Of a stretch of 34,126 nt of DNA, positions 11,361 through 23,399 are shown one piece after another; position 1 is the first letter of the stretch, and each line of letters opens with the position of its first letter. The notes beneath the pieces are model-generated. The model was given only the letters and a program-made list of their open reading frames with translations. It made no database searches and was not told the origin of the DNA. This DNA comes from Octopus bimaculoides. Taxonomy: Eukaryota. The stretch lies in the NCBI RefSeq assembly GCF_001194135.2, contig NC_068994.1:38526617-38560742 (forward strand), read 5' to 3'. A program made the translations under genes and the position numbers.

Positions 11361-11369
11361 ACTTGCCAA
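11361..11369 (-). promoter_or_regulatory. Predicted GC-type splice donor (TTG|GCAAGT) of the Pcdh B 5'-UTR exon
   Basis: Homologous position to the GTAAGT donor of A at 4300; matching acceptor at 10174-10173. Confidence 0.45.
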
Positions 11370-11505
11370 CAGTTGTTTATATTGTTTATATTGTTGTAAA
11401 TGTACTGTTTTAGCGTTCTGATAACATAAAGTTGTAATAGAAGCAGCAGTTCTGAGTAATTTGTTATGTGATGGTGTTATGTAGTTCTGTGAAGTTGGTT
11501 GTGTA

Positions 11506-11672
11506 GTATGTAATGTGTGTTGTAGCCAATGACAAGCTGTCTATTATTCCAATGCAAGGAAACGGAAATACAACCTCCAGTTCTTGCAGTAAATGATGGG
11601 CTGACTCACAAAATATTTCACTTAGACACACTCATATATAGATACATACATATACATGTGTGTGGTGAGAAG
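11506..11672 (-). promoter_or_regulatory. Conserved upstream element of Pcdh B (candidate promoter/TSS region)
   Basis: 166/167 identical to 4436-4602 (single difference 4482 G / 11552 A); about 1.3-1.5 kb upstream of the ATG. Confidence 0.55.
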
Positions 11673-12719
11673 ATTTAAAATTGAGTGGACAAAATGTATA
11701 GAATATTTGAATCAATGACATATAAATATTACTTTTAAAAATGTATCATAATTTAATTTCAAGGTTGAAAAAGAATTTTATGACTTTTGCAAAAGTTGTA
11801 AAACTTTTTGATGAAAATTCTTTTAGCTTTCTCTACAGTATTTCCAAACTTCTCCATTTGAAATGTCTCCCATAAAAGTTATTAAAAAGATTATTTTAAG
11901 CCACTAATTACTTTATAAATTGGAAGAGCTCATTTAATAATGCGAAACTGTGGCTCTAAATAATGATATTGTATAATATGATTTATGTTGTGAAGTTATT
12001 CTTAATAGAAGACCAATAGGTTTAAAATATAATTAAATCTTTTTTAATTTTTGAATGTGGAATCTTACACAAATATTCATAAAAGTTGTAGCTGTTGAAT
12101 TGAAAACAAGACTGGATGCTTTTCTAATGCATTCATATAATTGCATTTGTCTTTGTCAATTAATAAAAGTTATTTGTTGTTCAATTATCAATTAACCAAT
12201 AATACAATATTGTATGTGAATTAGGTGTTTTAAAGAATATTTCATTGAAAATTTCTATAAGTTACTCCTGATATTTTAATCAGTTTGTTATCCTTTCATT
12301 ATTTCTTGATGTATTTGTTTCAATAAGGAGATAATATCAACTTTGAAGAAGAATTTACTCAAAATTAGTAACATCAAGAAATGCTATGAAAATGTTACAT
12401 GAATTTCTCTAAAATATACTCTGAAGTATTTCTAAATAAAATATAAATATTGAAGCAATTCATGATAATTGTGTTTCATTCTTCCAGTCAAAATATTTGT
12501 TTTGATTTACAAACTTAAGCTTATATAAGATATAATTAATTTTGATATTGTTACAAAACTTTGTTTGTTTAGCTGATAAAAACCTCCAGGAAATTGATAC
12601 CAAGGTCAACACTGGCAGAATTTCAAGTCAAAATACAAAGATACGTGATAAAATACTACAAGGTATTTAGTCATGCAATGTACTGATTTTCCTTCCATTT
12701 GTTTCAAAGTGTTCTAGTG

Positions 12720-12938
12720 TCAGTTGTATAACGTAGATGGAGGAAGTGCCTGAGGTATTGGCAGTACCTGAGGTATTGAAGATAACTTTAGTAGGGTTGT
12801 TACTGGTAGAGGTCGTTTACAGTGTAAAGTAAAGTTACTTGTCATTGGGTCTGTGGATGGTTGTTCAGTTATATTAGCTGAAAAGTTAATGTAAGCATCA
12901 GGTTGATATCCATATTTGTTATCTCCCCTTGATCGGTT

Positions 12939-12976
<38 letters not shown>

Positions 12977-13026
12977 TAGTTGATTTCTCCTGTTCCATGT
13001 ACGATCACTTTGATAACGGGACAGAT
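12720..13026 (-). pseudogene. Protocadherin C terminal coding exon, frameshifted by an internal (CA)17 repeat
   Basis: Acceptor TACTTCCAG at 13028-13027; starts (D)LSRYQSDRTWNRRNQLP as in B exon 3; the homologous LNRSRGDNKYG...CKRPLP tail is in another frame after the repeat at 12941-12974. Confidence 0.8.
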
Positions 13027-13059
13027 CTGGAAGTATATCAATTTATAGTTTATCCAATA

Positions 13060-13249
13060 TTAATTATATATAAATAAATAAATAAATAAATAAATAAACA
13101 TTATATATATATGCACACACATACATAAATACACTTGCACACACGTGTCTGTGTCAGTATGTTTGTATATATATATGTGCGTATGCGTGTATATACATGT
13201 ATGTATGTATATATATGTATACATACATATATGTATATATATATATATA
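13060..13249. repeat. (TAAA)n and (TA/CA/TG)n low-complexity tract abutting gap 13250-14175
   Basis: Visible simple repeats; Pcdh C exon 2 is expected in this gap but is not visible. Confidence 0.85.
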
Positions 13250-14865
13250 NNNNNNNNNNNNNNNNNNNNNNNNNNNNNNNNNNNNNNNNNNNNNNNNNNN
13301 NNNNNNNNNNNNNNNNNNNNNNNNNNNNNNNNNNNNNNNNNNNNNNNNNNNNNNNNNNNNNNNNNNNNNNNNNNNNNNNNNNNNNNNNNNNNNNNNNNNN
13401 NNNNNNNNNNNNNNNNNNNNNNNNNNNNNNNNNNNNNNNNNNNNNNNNNNNNNNNNNNNNNNNNNNNNNNNNNNNNNNNNNNNNNNNNNNNNNNNNNNNN
13501 NNNNNNNNNNNNNNNNNNNNNNNNNNNNNNNNNNNNNNNNNNNNNNNNNNNNNNNNNNNNNNNNNNNNNNNNNNNNNNNNNNNNNNNNNNNNNNNNNNNN
13601 NNNNNNNNNNNNNNNNNNNNNNNNNNNNNNNNNNNNNNNNNNNNNNNNNNNNNNNNNNNNNNNNNNNNNNNNNNNNNNNNNNNNNNNNNNNNNNNNNNNN
13701 NNNNNNNNNNNNNNNNNNNNNNNNNNNNNNNNNNNNNNNNNNNNNNNNNNNNNNNNNNNNNNNNNNNNNNNNNNNNNNNNNNNNNNNNNNNNNNNNNNNN
13801 NNNNNNNNNNNNNNNNNNNNNNNNNNNNNNNNNNNNNNNNNNNNNNNNNNNNNNNNNNNNNNNNNNNNNNNNNNNNNNNNNNNNNNNNNNNNNNNNNNNN
13901 NNNNNNNNNNNNNNNNNNNNNNNNNNNNNNNNNNNNNNNNNNNNNNNNNNNNNNNNNNNNNNNNNNNNNNNNNNNNNNNNNNNNNNNNNNNNNNNNNNNN
14001 NNNNNNNNNNNNNNNNNNNNNNNNNNNNNNNNNNNNNNNNNNNNNNNNNNNNNNNNNNNNNNNNNNNNNNNNNNNNNNNNNNNNNNNNNNNNNNNNNNNN
14101 NNNNNNNNNNNNNNNNNNNNNNNNNNNNNNNNNNNNNNNNNNNNNNNNNNNNNNNNNNNNNNNNNNNNNNNNNNNCCTCTTAGCCATTATTGTTCCAAGA
14201 TCTACCCTGAACTAAAATAGTAGCATCTGTTAGTGTTACAGCTATGGTTTAATTACCATGTAAACCACTGAAAGTAAAGGAACTATAATATAAGTAAGAA
14301 GACGAAATTTTAAAAATCTGTTATCTCTCTCTCTCTGTCTCTCTTTACACCGTCGCTAGAAGGGGACTTAACTCATGTTTGCAAATGCCTCCGACTTGAA
14401 AATTGTTAGAATTTATGGTTTAAAATTATTTTTAATGCAAAAATTCACGTGTTAGGAAGCAAAAAAAAACAAAAACAAATGGCCGATTCCAGGCATTTTT
14501 GACCATGTAGAATCCATTGGTGCGACTCCCAGATTGCTAACTTGTAAGGTGTGGATTTCTATAAATGCAACACACACACACACACTCAAAAACTCAGCTT
14601 GTGAGTTTGATTGCAGCATATTCATCAAAAATGCATCTTTTCAAATGAAACATTCTATAAATCATTGTGTAAGTTAATGAAGTAGATTAAACAGTAATTT
14701 AATATCTTTATCTTTGAGATTAGAATTGATGAAATGGGGTTATCTTTATTCTTTTGCATTCTGTGGCACTGCTTCCAAGGTCCTTTGTAATTTACATCAA
14801 ATTTAATTTTAAAACTGAAATTTTGGAAGGGGAAATATTTTGAAATTAACTGAAAATTATCTCAC

Positions 14866-15614
14866 CTGCTGGCATATTCTTAATGTTGGGTTATTCCATT
14901 TATCACCTGAAATGGTTCTGCAGTGAATATCTTCTCTGTCTACCATTGGTTGATGAGAATTCTTTACATTTCTCTCTCTTGTGTAATGAACACCAGAAGA
15001 AACGCAAATAGAATCGAACATATATTTTGATTGTATGTTTAATGTTGGTGTAACCTTGTAGTAAATATCAACACTACTATCATAGTTGCTATCTGTCTGC
15101 TTCAGTCTATGAACTATACAGATTGATATAGAGATCTCTATAACAACTGATACTATCACAGCTGCTATAACAATAACAATCATCACATTCAATTGGAGAC
15201 CATTACTTGATTCTGTTGTTGTCTTTGAAGGGGTCTTAAATATCTTTGATGTGTTGTTACTAACTGTTAGAGTCAAAGACAATGTTGTTGTTGATGAGAG
15301 AACTGGATTCCCACTGTCTTTCACACCTAATTCCAGTTCATAGAATCCAGCATCATTTTGGTAAAGTGAGCGAGAGAAAGATAAGACACCAGAGTGATGG
15401 TTCATTTGAAATAAGTGTTTCTCATTACCTCTGAGTATTTCATATGTGAGGAAGGCATTGTGTTGACTGTCTCTGTCAGAGGCCCTAACAACTGTGATAT
15501 CATGGTCAGAGTTGGGATGGTAGTGGACATTAAGACTGAAAGGGTTGACATTAGGGAAACTGAAATAGGGAGCATTATCATTTAAATCCATAACCTCAAC
15601 AACAACATTTGCTG
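14866..15614 (-). pseudogene. 5'-truncated protocadherin C exon 1 (end of EC5, EC6, TM, proximal tail)
   Basis: Open frame ANVVVEVMDLNDNAPYF...EC6...VMIVIVIAAVIVSVVIEISISICIV...LRICQQ; phase-0 donor CAG|GTGAGA at 14865; identity to B stops abruptly at 15614 with no N gap and no upstream cadherin sequence. Confidence 0.85.
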
Positions 15615-16689
15615 AACATTAGTCCTGAATCAGCTATTAGTAGTTCACTGTGCAAAAGAATTCCAGCTGTAAGCATCTTATAGTTTACTCTTCTTTTATC
15701 TTTAGAAAGTTAAAATGGTGAGTATTCAGGTAGATTTGGCTGCTATGTTTAGCAGTTCAAGCTACTAACTAGAGACTTTGTTAGTATAAGTGACTGGTAC
15801 AAATCACTTCCTGTGAATCACTATCTGAAATGCAATTTTGATTTCTCTCAAAAATGTTTTTTCATTAAACGTGATGCTGATCTAAAACACCGAACCTTAA
15901 CTTTTCTTGTGATGGTTCATCCTTATAAAGTTAATAAAACATTGCTTTGGTTACCAAGAACTATTTATTCTGCATAAGAACAAATTCATACTACTCTTCT
16001 TCTGTCAACTTGTGTAAGACATATAAACTTGTCACATAATCCATGAATTATAAGATTTGTGTGGTGTTATTTGTGTTGTCATGTCTTTCATAACTTGTAC
16101 TGTATGGAGCTGCCTCTTCTCAAAGGAACACTTGGCCATTGGATTTTACACTTCATTTAAAGTCTCAAAATACAAGCAATACTACGAAGATACAATTAGA
16201 ATTATCTGCTGTAGCTGCTTAGCGAAAAACAGGTTAGCTGACACTAATATCAGTTGAATATTTACTAATGAATGATTTATACCTTGTATTTAACCCTGTA
16301 TACAATGCCCATGTGTAGCTTTAATGCATTCACATGTCTAAGTATTAATTTGTTGGTAGAGATATTACAAATATTCTAGTAGATTCTCTTTAGTAGAAGT
16401 ATTTTTCATGTTCAATAAGCACATTTCCTTCGTTCATTTATCCTGAAATCCATAGAATCTAAGGGAGGTAACTAATGATCAAACAATTCCTTTTGCTTCG
16501 TAAACAGTGCAACCCGTCTGAAACAAAATGAGTATTCTTTTCACAGATGGAAGGTGCAGTATCAAGGAAAATTGGCAGTTATTTCCTGACCACATAGAAT
16601 TAAAATGCTTTCACGCATATCATTTCAGTTTGGTCATTAGAACTGACGAGGGAGCAGATGTTCTATAACAACAACTACAATATTTTCAT

Positions 16690-16925
16690 TATCATCTCAA
16701 TGTTCTATAAAAAGGGTGAGTTAGCAGATTCATTAGTGCGTCACACAAAATGCTTAACGGCACTTCTTCTGGTTCGTTATTTTCTGAGTTCCAATTCTGT
16801 CAAGGTCAACCTTGCTTTTCATCTTTTCAGGGTGGATTAAATAAATGCCAGTCAAGCTGTTTGATGTAATCAACATAACCCTTTCCCCTAAAATTTATGG
16901 TTTTGTGCCAAAATTAGAAACAATT
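16690..16925 (+). mobile_element. Degenerate SINE (same family as 5762-5923 and 24355-24825)
   Basis: Colinear with 24355-24825 once the 24510-24757 insertion is removed (...AAAATGCTT...GAGTTC...GGTCAAC...GATGTAATC...CCCC...TTGTG.CAAAATT.GAAAC). Confidence 0.7.
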
Positions 16926-18022
16926 AGTCCTACTATGCAACAGTTCCTGTGAAGCCACATGTTCTGTTGTTTGGCTTCTCAATTTGGGTGTTACTAAACT
17001 CTAGAAGATGGTGGAATATTGAGGTGCTGGGAACAAAAGTGGAGGTACGAAGTGCAAACAAAAGTGCAATTTTCTTTTAAGTTTTTTTTCCACATATTTA
17101 TTCTTTTAATTGTTTCATTCATTTGAGTGCGGTCATACTGGAGTGCTTCCTTACTATTTTTAACAGACCAAATAACCACATACTGTTGTCCTCGTTGTCT
17201 TGTAAAAATATTGATTACTGAAGGCATTTCTAATGTCATTCTAAAACTAATTTACATTTATCATAATGATGTTTACATTTCTACTTTTGTAACATTTCCA
17301 TTAACAATTGGAATTTATTAAAATTGTGAGATCAATTAGTTGATCAATCAATGAGAGCAATACATAAAATAATCAATAACGTAAAAAGTTTTTTTTTTTG
17401 TTGAAATACTTTTAATGAAAAATTTCTGTGTAAATTAATACAAAGTGAATACATTGTTTTAAATACATATACAAAAAAAAAAAANNNNNNNNNNNNNNNN
17501 NNNNNNNNNNNNNNNNNNNNNNNNNNNNNNNNNNNNNNNNNNNNNNNNNNNNNNNNNNNNNNNNNNNNNNNNNNNNNNNNNNNNNNNNNNNNNNNNNNNN
17601 NNNNNNNNNNNNNNNNNNNNNNNNNNNNNNNNNNNNNNNNNNNNNNNNNNNNNNNNNNNNNNNNNNNNNNNNNNNNNNNNNNNNNNNNNNNNNNNNNNNN
17701 NNNNNNNNNNNNNNNNNNNNNNNNNNNNNNNNNNNNNNNNNNNNNNNNNNNNNNNNNNNNNNNNNNNNNNNNNNNNNNNNNNNNNNNNNNNNNNNNNNNN
17801 NNNNNNNNNNNNNNNNNNNNNNNNNNNNNNNNNNNNNNNNNNNNNNNNNNNNNNNNNNNNNNNNNNNNNNNNNNNNNNNNNNNNNNNNNNNNNNNNNNNN
17901 NNNNNNNNNNNNNNNNNNNNNNNNNNNNNNNNNNNNNNNNNNNNNNNNNNNNNNNNNNNNNNNNNNNNNNNNNNNNNNNNATATATATATATATATATAC
18001 ATATATACATAAATATACATAC

Positions 18023-18064
<42 letters not shown>

Positions 18065-20469
18065 ACACATACATGTACATACATACACATTTACATGTAT
18101 ATATCTATATATTTCACAAAATGTTTTATAAAGATGGAAAAAAAAAAAAAATATCAATATGCAACATGTGTGTTTATTTCAGTAACTACTTCAAAAAATA
18201 ATGTTCAGTATGGAATTTAATTTGGATTTCATTATATTTTATTAGTCTAACATATTAGACCATAAAATCACATGCACTCACATGTATACATGCATGCACG
18301 CACACATGCACACACACACACGCACATACACCAACATTTATTATGACATACTACTGGCTAATGTTTGTACAGTCAATAGGTTTTCATCTATAAGTGACAT
18401 TGGTATGGATTAAGTTTGTCTCTATTTGACATCACATAAAAAATAGTTAAGTTTTGGAACAGACAATTAGAAAAATATCAAAAATCTTTAACTATTCACA
18501 AATTATTATGTGGCAAGGTAATGTATGAAATATTTATCACATCAGGATAGTAGCTCACTACTAAGACCCAACAGTTAAAAAAAAACAAAAAAACAAAAAA
18601 CATGAAGAACATGGATTGCACTATCCCTCATCTCACCCCATGGCGACAGGGCATCCATTAATAACCCAATTAATATGTTAGTACTAGTCTACTGAACTTC
18701 AGACTTGGTTAGTTATTGATTTCTTCTGATCTGGCCCAATCTTTGAAGAATTAGAAGATGCATGTAATTGAATCAAAGCTAGTATATTGCTGGTACTATA
18801 TTATAAATCCTGGTAAGCCATTTTTGGCAGGATTTCAACACAAAAACAGATGTACAAAATTAAATAATATTAAGGATTAAATTCAGCATTTTACTTTGTC
18901 TGATGCTCTTAAATTGGGTTTATAGTATTTTCTGGATTTTCCAAAATGTGGCTATTGGAATGGTCAAATTTCTGCAAATGGTTCTCATAAAATGGATCTG
19001 TGTCATGAAGTAAAACATCATTGTTTGATATTGTATTCTTTTGTGGTTTTTGTTGTTTAGCTCGAGGTTAATCATGATCAAGTAGACCTATGATCAAATA
19101 GACCCAGGTTAACCATAATGAAGTAGTCTATGAACAGGTAGACCTAGGCTAATAATGATCAAATAGACCTCTGATCAAAAATGTTTAACCTTGACCTTCA
19201 CATTTTTTATTTATTAGAATTATTTTTCTAAGACTACATTATTCAGCATTATTTTTCTTCTTTCAGGATAATAGAGCAACACTTCCCAACCAGAGTTTCC
19301 CAGTACCTTAGGTTTCCACAAGAAGTCACTAGGGTCTCCACAAGAATTCATGATAAATAATAAATAGGCTAATTATATATAAATATATTTTCCATGTTTA
19401 ATTCTTCATTCATAAGTTTATTATACATGAATAGAATTCTCTAATGTAAGGAAACCCTGCCATTGGCAAGTATTAAGGAGGCCCAGTAAGAAAAATAACT
19501 AACCTTAGTGAGGATTGTTGAAGAATCTGGTCTAAACAGGGTCTTAGTTAAGACAAAATTTCTAAAGCCTTTGTCACATCTGATAGATTTAAGCAACCAC
19601 ACTTTTTAAAGCCAACTTTATGATTTGTTTCATCCTTTATGAAATTTAATTTCATGAAAAAGAAATAAAATGATTAATAAATATACATTAATATTTATAT
19701 AAGTATAATGATAGGAAATGCAGCGATAAAATGTAAATTTTAGGAAGATTTGGCTACTATTTCTAGGAAATTGAGTGACTTTGTGAAGGTTCTTTCATTG
19801 TTGACATGCTGTAGGAAAAGGTTTAAGACTGAAATATATGGTCCCTTTTACAGACATGTTATTGCGCTTGTCAAAGCTGTCTTAGCAGAACAAAATCAAA
19901 TAATGACATAAAAGTTAATCAATCCTATTGGAAATATCTGCCTGAAATATGATTGTTGATTAAGATTAATTTACCATGGGAAAAGTGTATCTAGATCTAC
20001 AACAAAATCAATAAGTTCAGTTGAATTATATTTCAGCTGAAATCGCACCTTGCTCATCTGACAAAACGACTTTTAATGAAAGGAAACTGCAATATAGTAA
20101 AAACAACCTCTACTGCCAGTAACTTAAGGCTCCATGCTGGCAAAAAGAGATTATACTCACTGCAGAATCTGACAGATTACAAAATGATCTTATGGTGAAC
20201 TCTATCACCTATCAGATCATAAAGGTACCACCACTAGATTCATCGTTTGATTTTATCTAGGGCAAATCAACTTGGCAGATTGCTTGGCTCAACCCAAGTT
20301 GTTATATATATACAGACCTCATATAGGAAAAGTTGAACGAATATTAAAAGAGCTAAAAAGAAACACTTGTTAAATTTGTATTACTGCTAGGTGTGAACTG
20401 AGCTGTTGAGAATGTTAAAGAGTTAAGTCTCTTTACATGGATACAGCACTGTGCTAGTAGTGTTACAGG

Positions 20470-20765
20470 GTACAGAGAAATATAGAGAAAGAAAGAGAGG
20501 ATGATAGAAAGATAAAAGAGAAAGACAGGGAAAAATAAAAAGGAAATAAAGAAAAGTGAGGTTGAGCTGGGAGACAAATATGGAGAATGGAAGAGGGAAA
20601 GAGTGAGAGAGAGAAGTAGATATAAATAAAAAGAGGCCGAAAGAATTGCAAATAAGGAGAGATGTAGACAGATACATACAAAACACACACATACACACAT
20701 ATATGTATATGCATACATGCATACATGAATCCATCCATCTGTCCGTCTGTTTGTCTGTCTGTCTA
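20470..20765. repeat. Purine-rich (GA/AAAG) low-complexity tract followed by CA/TA and CTGT microsatellites
   Basis: Direct inspection; explains the biased ORFs at 20353-20828. Confidence 0.8.
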
Positions 20766-21039
20766 TCCATGACATTGATTTTTTTCTCTTCATTTACAAA
20801 AGATCTACACTACCTTTTTGTTTGTTAATAATCAAGAATTCGAAAAGCTTTAGTAACATAACTAACTTATATTTTAAAAGCTGCTGTTTGGAACCTGAAC
20901 CATTATCACTTTCACATAAAATAATAATGAGAAGTTTTTAGTTGAAATATAAACACTTTAAAATGAAGTATTGTATCTTAGAACCAGAGGTGGTCACAGA
21001 CAAGTTGGTATCAAAAGGATTATAAATACAGTAATGATA

Positions 21040-21140
21040 GAGATGGTACTGTTGATGATAATGATGACAATGATGGTGATGATAATGTTGATGACAACAA
21101 TTATGATGGTGATGATGATCATGAAGATTACAGTGATGAC
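21040..21140. repeat. Imperfect (GAT)n trinucleotide repeat
   Basis: GATGATAATGATGACAATGATGGTGATGAT... Confidence 0.85.
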
Positions 21141-21454
21141 TGCTTAAACATTAATTTAATCTATTTCAGAAAAAACTTTTCTACAGAGCTTAAAAGATAT
21201 AGAGGATGATGGAACAGTCATAGATCAATTGTGCAAAGTGTTATAAAGATAAAGTATATTTTCTTTAGTATTATGGCTAAATATAAACTGAATTTAAAAC
21301 AACATGTCTGAATTAGATATAAATTCTTGTTCCCCCCCCCCTTTTTTTTTATAGAACTTGATTTTACAACATCGTATATTTTAGTCATTATATGGATCTT
21401 GTAATTTTAAACTTGCAGCACATTATTTTGAGTCAATTTTGATAACAGTCAACG

Positions 21455-21862
21455 GATCTTTTATCTTTTATCGTTTACTTGTTTCAGTCATTAGACTGTG
21501 GCCATGCTTGAATAAGTTTTCGTCAAATGAATTGACCCAGGTACTTATTTTTTGTTAAGCCTAGTACTTATTCTATCAGTCTCTTTTGTCAAACTGCTAA
21601 GTTACAGCAACATTAACACGCCAATAGCAGTTGTCAAGCAGTGGAGTGGGGACAAACACAGACACAAAAAACATACACATATATATATATATATATATGA
21701 TACGCTTCTTTCAGTTTCTATCTACTAAATTCACCCACAAGGCTTTGATCAGCCCAAGGCTATAGTAGAAGGCACTTGCTCAAGGTGCCATGAAGTGGGG
21801 CTGAACCAGGAACCATGTGATTGAGTAGCAAGCTTCTTACCACATAGCCATGCCTGTGCCTA
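21455..21862 (-). mobile_element. Near full-length tRNA-derived SINE with internal (TA)n/(CA)n
   Basis: Minus-strand head GGCATGGCTATGTGGTAAGAAGCTTGCT...GGTTCAGCCCCACT (A/B-box-like); body shared with 28220-28362, 29078-29370 and 33962-34126. Confidence 0.8.
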
Positions 21863-22594
21863 TGAAATAGCAAAAGGCACTTTTCTGTTTTCCCAAGAAT
21901 GTAATGATGTTGGTGCTGTAGGTGGTAGAGGTGGAAGGGACAAGAAGAAGCATGAGAAATAAATTCAGATGTATTGAGGTACAGGACAAAAGGAAAGATT
22001 TCCTCATTTTTATCTGACATATTGTGGGATTAAGAAATACTTTCACTTCTCCCCATAGAAAAAAAAAAAAAAGGAAATCATTAACATTTAGCTTTTTATG
22101 AATTAATGTACATATGATAGACAACAATAAACATTTATTATATGATTTCATGTAGTGATATATCAATAAAATTATGAGGACGGATGTTCTAAGACACTTG
22201 GTAAAATTTTGTTTTGGAATTCTATGAAGATTATTCTATTATACTATTATACTATAGTATAATAGTATACTATTATACTATAAAATTACATTCATAGCAT
22301 TCATGGACATAGTGATATGAGAAGAGGACCGTCTTTAAAATAAAGTGATATCATACAAAAGAACTCACCAAAATATTACTATATTTGTTGGCATAGAAGG
22401 AAGCCTTTGACTTTTTCCAACAATGTAGCCTCATGGTCGACTATATTTTACATGACGGGTCATGAAAATTTTCTGAGTCTACCATAAAAGTATTAAAAAA
22501 AAATACAAAAAGAAAACCTAAAAAAAACCCCGAAAAATTCACCAAAAAATGCTGTTTTGGTGTGTCTTAGATACCAACAAATACAATACTTTGA

Positions 22595-22850
22595 GGAAGT
22601 GGTGTATATGTGTATGTGGTCATGTGTATATGTAACCACAAGTATGTGTGTGTGTGTGTGGACATATGTTTATGACCACAAGTATGTGTGTATGTGTGTG
22701 TGGACAAGCTTGTGTGTATGTGCATGTGTACGTGTGTGTATGCAGACATATGTATATATGACCACAAATGTGAACGTGTGTGTGATATGCATATGTATGT
22801 GTGGGTGTGGGTCATGTATTTATCCAAGCATGTGTATCTGTATCTATTAA
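22595..22850. repeat. Complex (TG/TA) microsatellite with recurring ATGACCACAA(G/A)T units
   Basis: Direct inspection; source of the VCVC/HTHT ORFs. Confidence 0.8.
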
Positions 22851-23098
22851 CCTGTGCCCAAACATGCTTCTTTTTTCTCATGCGATATTTTATTATAAAA
22901 ATATATTAATTATTTTCATAACATTGTGATGATGATTCATACACATATAAACATCATTTTGGTGTAAAGTGACCTTTTGTGAAATATCCTTTTGTGGAAT
23001 ATCTTTATGGAATATCCTTTTGTATAAATATCCACTTGCAGTTAGCTCTTCATATCTCCATATTAGTAAATTGCTTTTTTGGAGAGAAGCAAACTTGT

Positions 23099-23346
23099 TC
23101 ATGTCTTTGGTATTGGTGGTAGTGGTCTAGAATAACAATTAAAACTGTTTTTCATTGGTAAATTCCAAGTTTTCTGTGACAAGGGAGGGTCTGTCGTATT
23201 AATTCTTCCAAGTTTCAAATCAATGATATCAGCAGTAGATTGATTGGTAGTTTTATTTACAAACGAGCAGCCCTCGGAAGAAATGTCGTCACTTTTTGGG
23301 TGTAAAGGTGGGCTAGACAACTTAATGTCTGTATTGTCTTGACAGC
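23099..23346 (-). CDS. Protocadherin D coding exon 3 ((G)CQDNTDIKLSSPPLHPK...MKNSFNCYSRPLPPIPKT*)
   Basis: Acceptor TTTATATTTTCTCAG at 23348-23347, phase 1, in frame with exon 2; the C-terminal M-x-x-x-F...PLP motif matches B and C exon 3. Confidence 0.8.
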
Positions 23347-23399
23347 CTGAGAAAATATAAAGAAATGAATGTAAGGATAGAAAGAATAAAAAAGTCTCA

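Noticed and set aside
15735-15765. Motif GATTTGGCTGCTATTTCTAGCA recurring at about 3285, 10820, 15735, 19770 and 24252 as a candidate cluster-specific regulatory site
   Set aside because: Positions are unrelated to gene structure and flanks look like remnants of a small dispersed repeat; a genome-wide count is needed before assigning function.
19060-19190. Short recurring ATGATCAA(G/A)TAGACC units resembling a spaced repeat array
   Set aside because: Irregular, degenerate, eukaryotic context with no cas genes; probably a decayed dispersed repeat, not CRISPR-like.
19280-19535. Possible decayed hAT-like MITE (and a similar hint at 25190-25440)
   Set aside because: No convincing TIR pair or TSD could be identified by eye.
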